From the human T2T-CHM13v2.0 reference genome, Homo sapiens, in NCBI GenBank assembly GCA_009914755.4, contig CP068257.2, positions 24,320,001 through 24,384,000 of the forward strand: DNA of 64,000 nucleotides, given 5' to 3'. The position numbers were made by a program, and so were the translations under genes. The notes under the pieces were generated by a model that was not told where the DNA came from, made no database searches, and saw nothing but the letters and a program-made list of their open reading frames with translations. Numbering within the stretch: position 1 is the first letter of the stretch; each line of letters starts with the position of its first letter. Shown here in pieces: positions 61,830 through 64,000 of the stretch.

Positions 61830-64000
61830 ACACAGATCACCAGGTGCCTGTGGCAGTTTCTAATGCAGCTCCAGAGTTTCTGAATCATGAGGCCTTGGTG
61901 GGGCCTGAGAATGTGCATTTCAAATTCCCAGGTAATACTGATGCTGGTGGTCAGGGGAAAATATTCTGAGATCCACTGCAATATGCTGAGAATAATGGCA
62001 AGAGATAACCAGTAACTCAGTGAAATTGGGAAGAGGATCAGAAATATTTATGGTATTAAACATTTACATGCTGATGCATCATAGTTTGTAAAAAATAAGC
62101 AAATTTGGATGGCAAAAGAAGGGCATGTCTAGAACAAAATTAAAAAGGCCTATTAGGAAATCCTTGTGGAAATCATGTACCTGTCAAGGCAGGCATGGTT
62201 GACAGCATTTGAATATCTAATAGTAAAAGCCTATCGTATACCACCTAGCAGGACTAGAGGAATAGATGTCCTTGATCAGATCACAAAACCAATACAGGAG
62301 AAAGACCTAGATGTGGCAGGGGGTTTCAACCTTTCTGGGGCAACTACCACAGGTCTATTCGAGAAGTACCATAGTAATAGAATTAAAAGCTGCTATGCTG
62401 ACATTATAATGTACCCAGAAGGAAAAAAAAAAGCGAGAGGGAGAAAGCAGAAGGGAATTATTACCACAGAGCTGATTCTGGCCAACAAGGAGAAGCTCAT
62501 CATTGGGAAAAGTGATAGGAACCCGGGATTTGTAGCCACAGGAAGCCTTGGACTCGTAGTGAGAGCACAGCATTATGTAGGAAATCAGATTCCAAACACG
62601 TGAGACAAGCGAACACTATGATTCCATGATCTACGACAATAGAAAGGAAGACTCCTCCATAAACCTGAAAGGCTTTCAAAGTCTAACAGGACCGCCATAA
62701 GTAGTTTTGCTGAGAGTGAAAGGGAAAGATATGTAAAGAGATTAATCCATCAATGGCAGGAATTCTCTGATTACCTCAGGATTTAAAGCATGTGTTACAC
62801 AAGTTGTATAAAGATGTGTATGATCCCCATGGAACACCTGACTCTGATTACGTAGGATACAAGAATAGTATAAAGGGCGTTTATAAAAGTTTCAAAAAAA
62901 TGTGTATGACCCCCAAGTGGAACGCCTTTCTAACTCTGATTAAATATGATGTAAGGATATTAAGTGAAGACATCCGAAGAAGTTTAGCATGTGGCTAAAG
63001 AATAAAAAGAAACTGATTAAGCAGAATAATTTATTAATAGCAACTTACTCATATGTTAATAAATGAAGTGTTAATACAGAGAAAATCCTAATCAGTTATT
63101 GTAACATTTCCACAAGACTAGGACGAAATAGGTGAAAAGAGAAACAGAAAACACTGGCACTGAAAATCAGATGTTGGAAGCCTTTATCTCCTCGTAGAAA
63201 TAAATGAGGTGAAATAACTGACTTTTTTTTTTGACTGCCCAAATTATTGCACGAAAGTTTACTACGTGGGGCTACATTTCAAAAGAATCCTTAACAGTTG
63301 CTCAGCTGCCCTGAGCTTCTGCCTTTGCATTTTTCTGTAGGATCTCACTGTTGTATTACTGGTGAATCAAAGAAAGATGACCTGATGCATGTCATCAGTT
63401 AATTTACCGTGTTTGAGATCTCTTACTTATTCAATCAAATCATGGGCACTAACTAGCGCTGTTTTCCAATTTAAGTGGAAAATTCAGGGAAAGTCAGGAA
63501 GAAAAATCAAACCAGTATTCTCTTTAAATCATGATGTATACACGTGATCTTGAACCATGACTGGAATGACGATGTCCAAGTGTACCATCCAGGGTTTGGA
63601 CAGCACCGTGTTTCCAGGTGGGATGGTGAAAACATGACCCTGGGTATCCCCAGGTTCCTTCTCCAGGCTTCTTTGTTATTACTTGGATGTGGCCCTTAAA
63701 GCTCTGAATAGAAACCATGTTTGTAAAAACAGCTGTTTAGTGTGATCTGCATTCTGGTATGTGTCTAGCCGTGAAAAAGAGTGAATTATATGCCCATCAT
63801 CCATCCCTGCATCTGCCTGAGCAATTTACTGGCATAATAACCAGGAACGGAGACACGTAATAAATAGTTCAACCGGCTAAGGAATTAAATTACTTGGCCT
63901 AAGAGAACTCAGGTCCAAGTTCTTATTACCATAGCTTTGATTTCTGGAATTAAATTTAGATGTCCATGAATTCAATTATTCATTTGGACACTATTTAAAA

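Overview
This window is human (primate) nuclear genomic DNA, not a prokaryotic or viral locus. It is a 64-kb intron-rich slice of the amyloid-beta precursor protein gene APP (chr21) on the minus strand, covering exons 6 to 11 with GT-AG boundaries resolved to the base. Exon 6 (59950-60152) encodes the acidic/poly-Thr region. Exon 7 (38151-38318) encodes the Kunitz protease-inhibitor (KPI) domain. Exon 8 (35496-35552) is the 57-bp OX-2 exon. Exon 9 is 20479-20612, exon 10 is 14073-14147 and exon 11 is 13190-13348. Exons 5 and 12 are not in the window, so introns 5 and 11 are truncated by the window edges. The rest is typical human intron. It holds about 30 Alu copies or fragments in both orientations, many with readable target-site duplications. 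There is a 5'-truncated L1 3' end with target-site duplications, an ancient L1 ORF1/ORF2 fragment, and three MaLR-type LTRs. Several simple repeats and a 72-bp minisatellite are also present. I see no cellular gene other than APP, no RNA gene and no CpG island. I see no evidence for an undescribed 'system'. The second-look items are structural. The most interesting are an inverted Alu pair bracketing the alternatively spliced KPI exon and a minisatellite upstream of exon 6. Others are a duplicated Alu right arm inside one target-site duplication and a long GA-rich polypurine tract. I also flag an ORF-dense unique segment in intron 6 that I cannot explain by eye.
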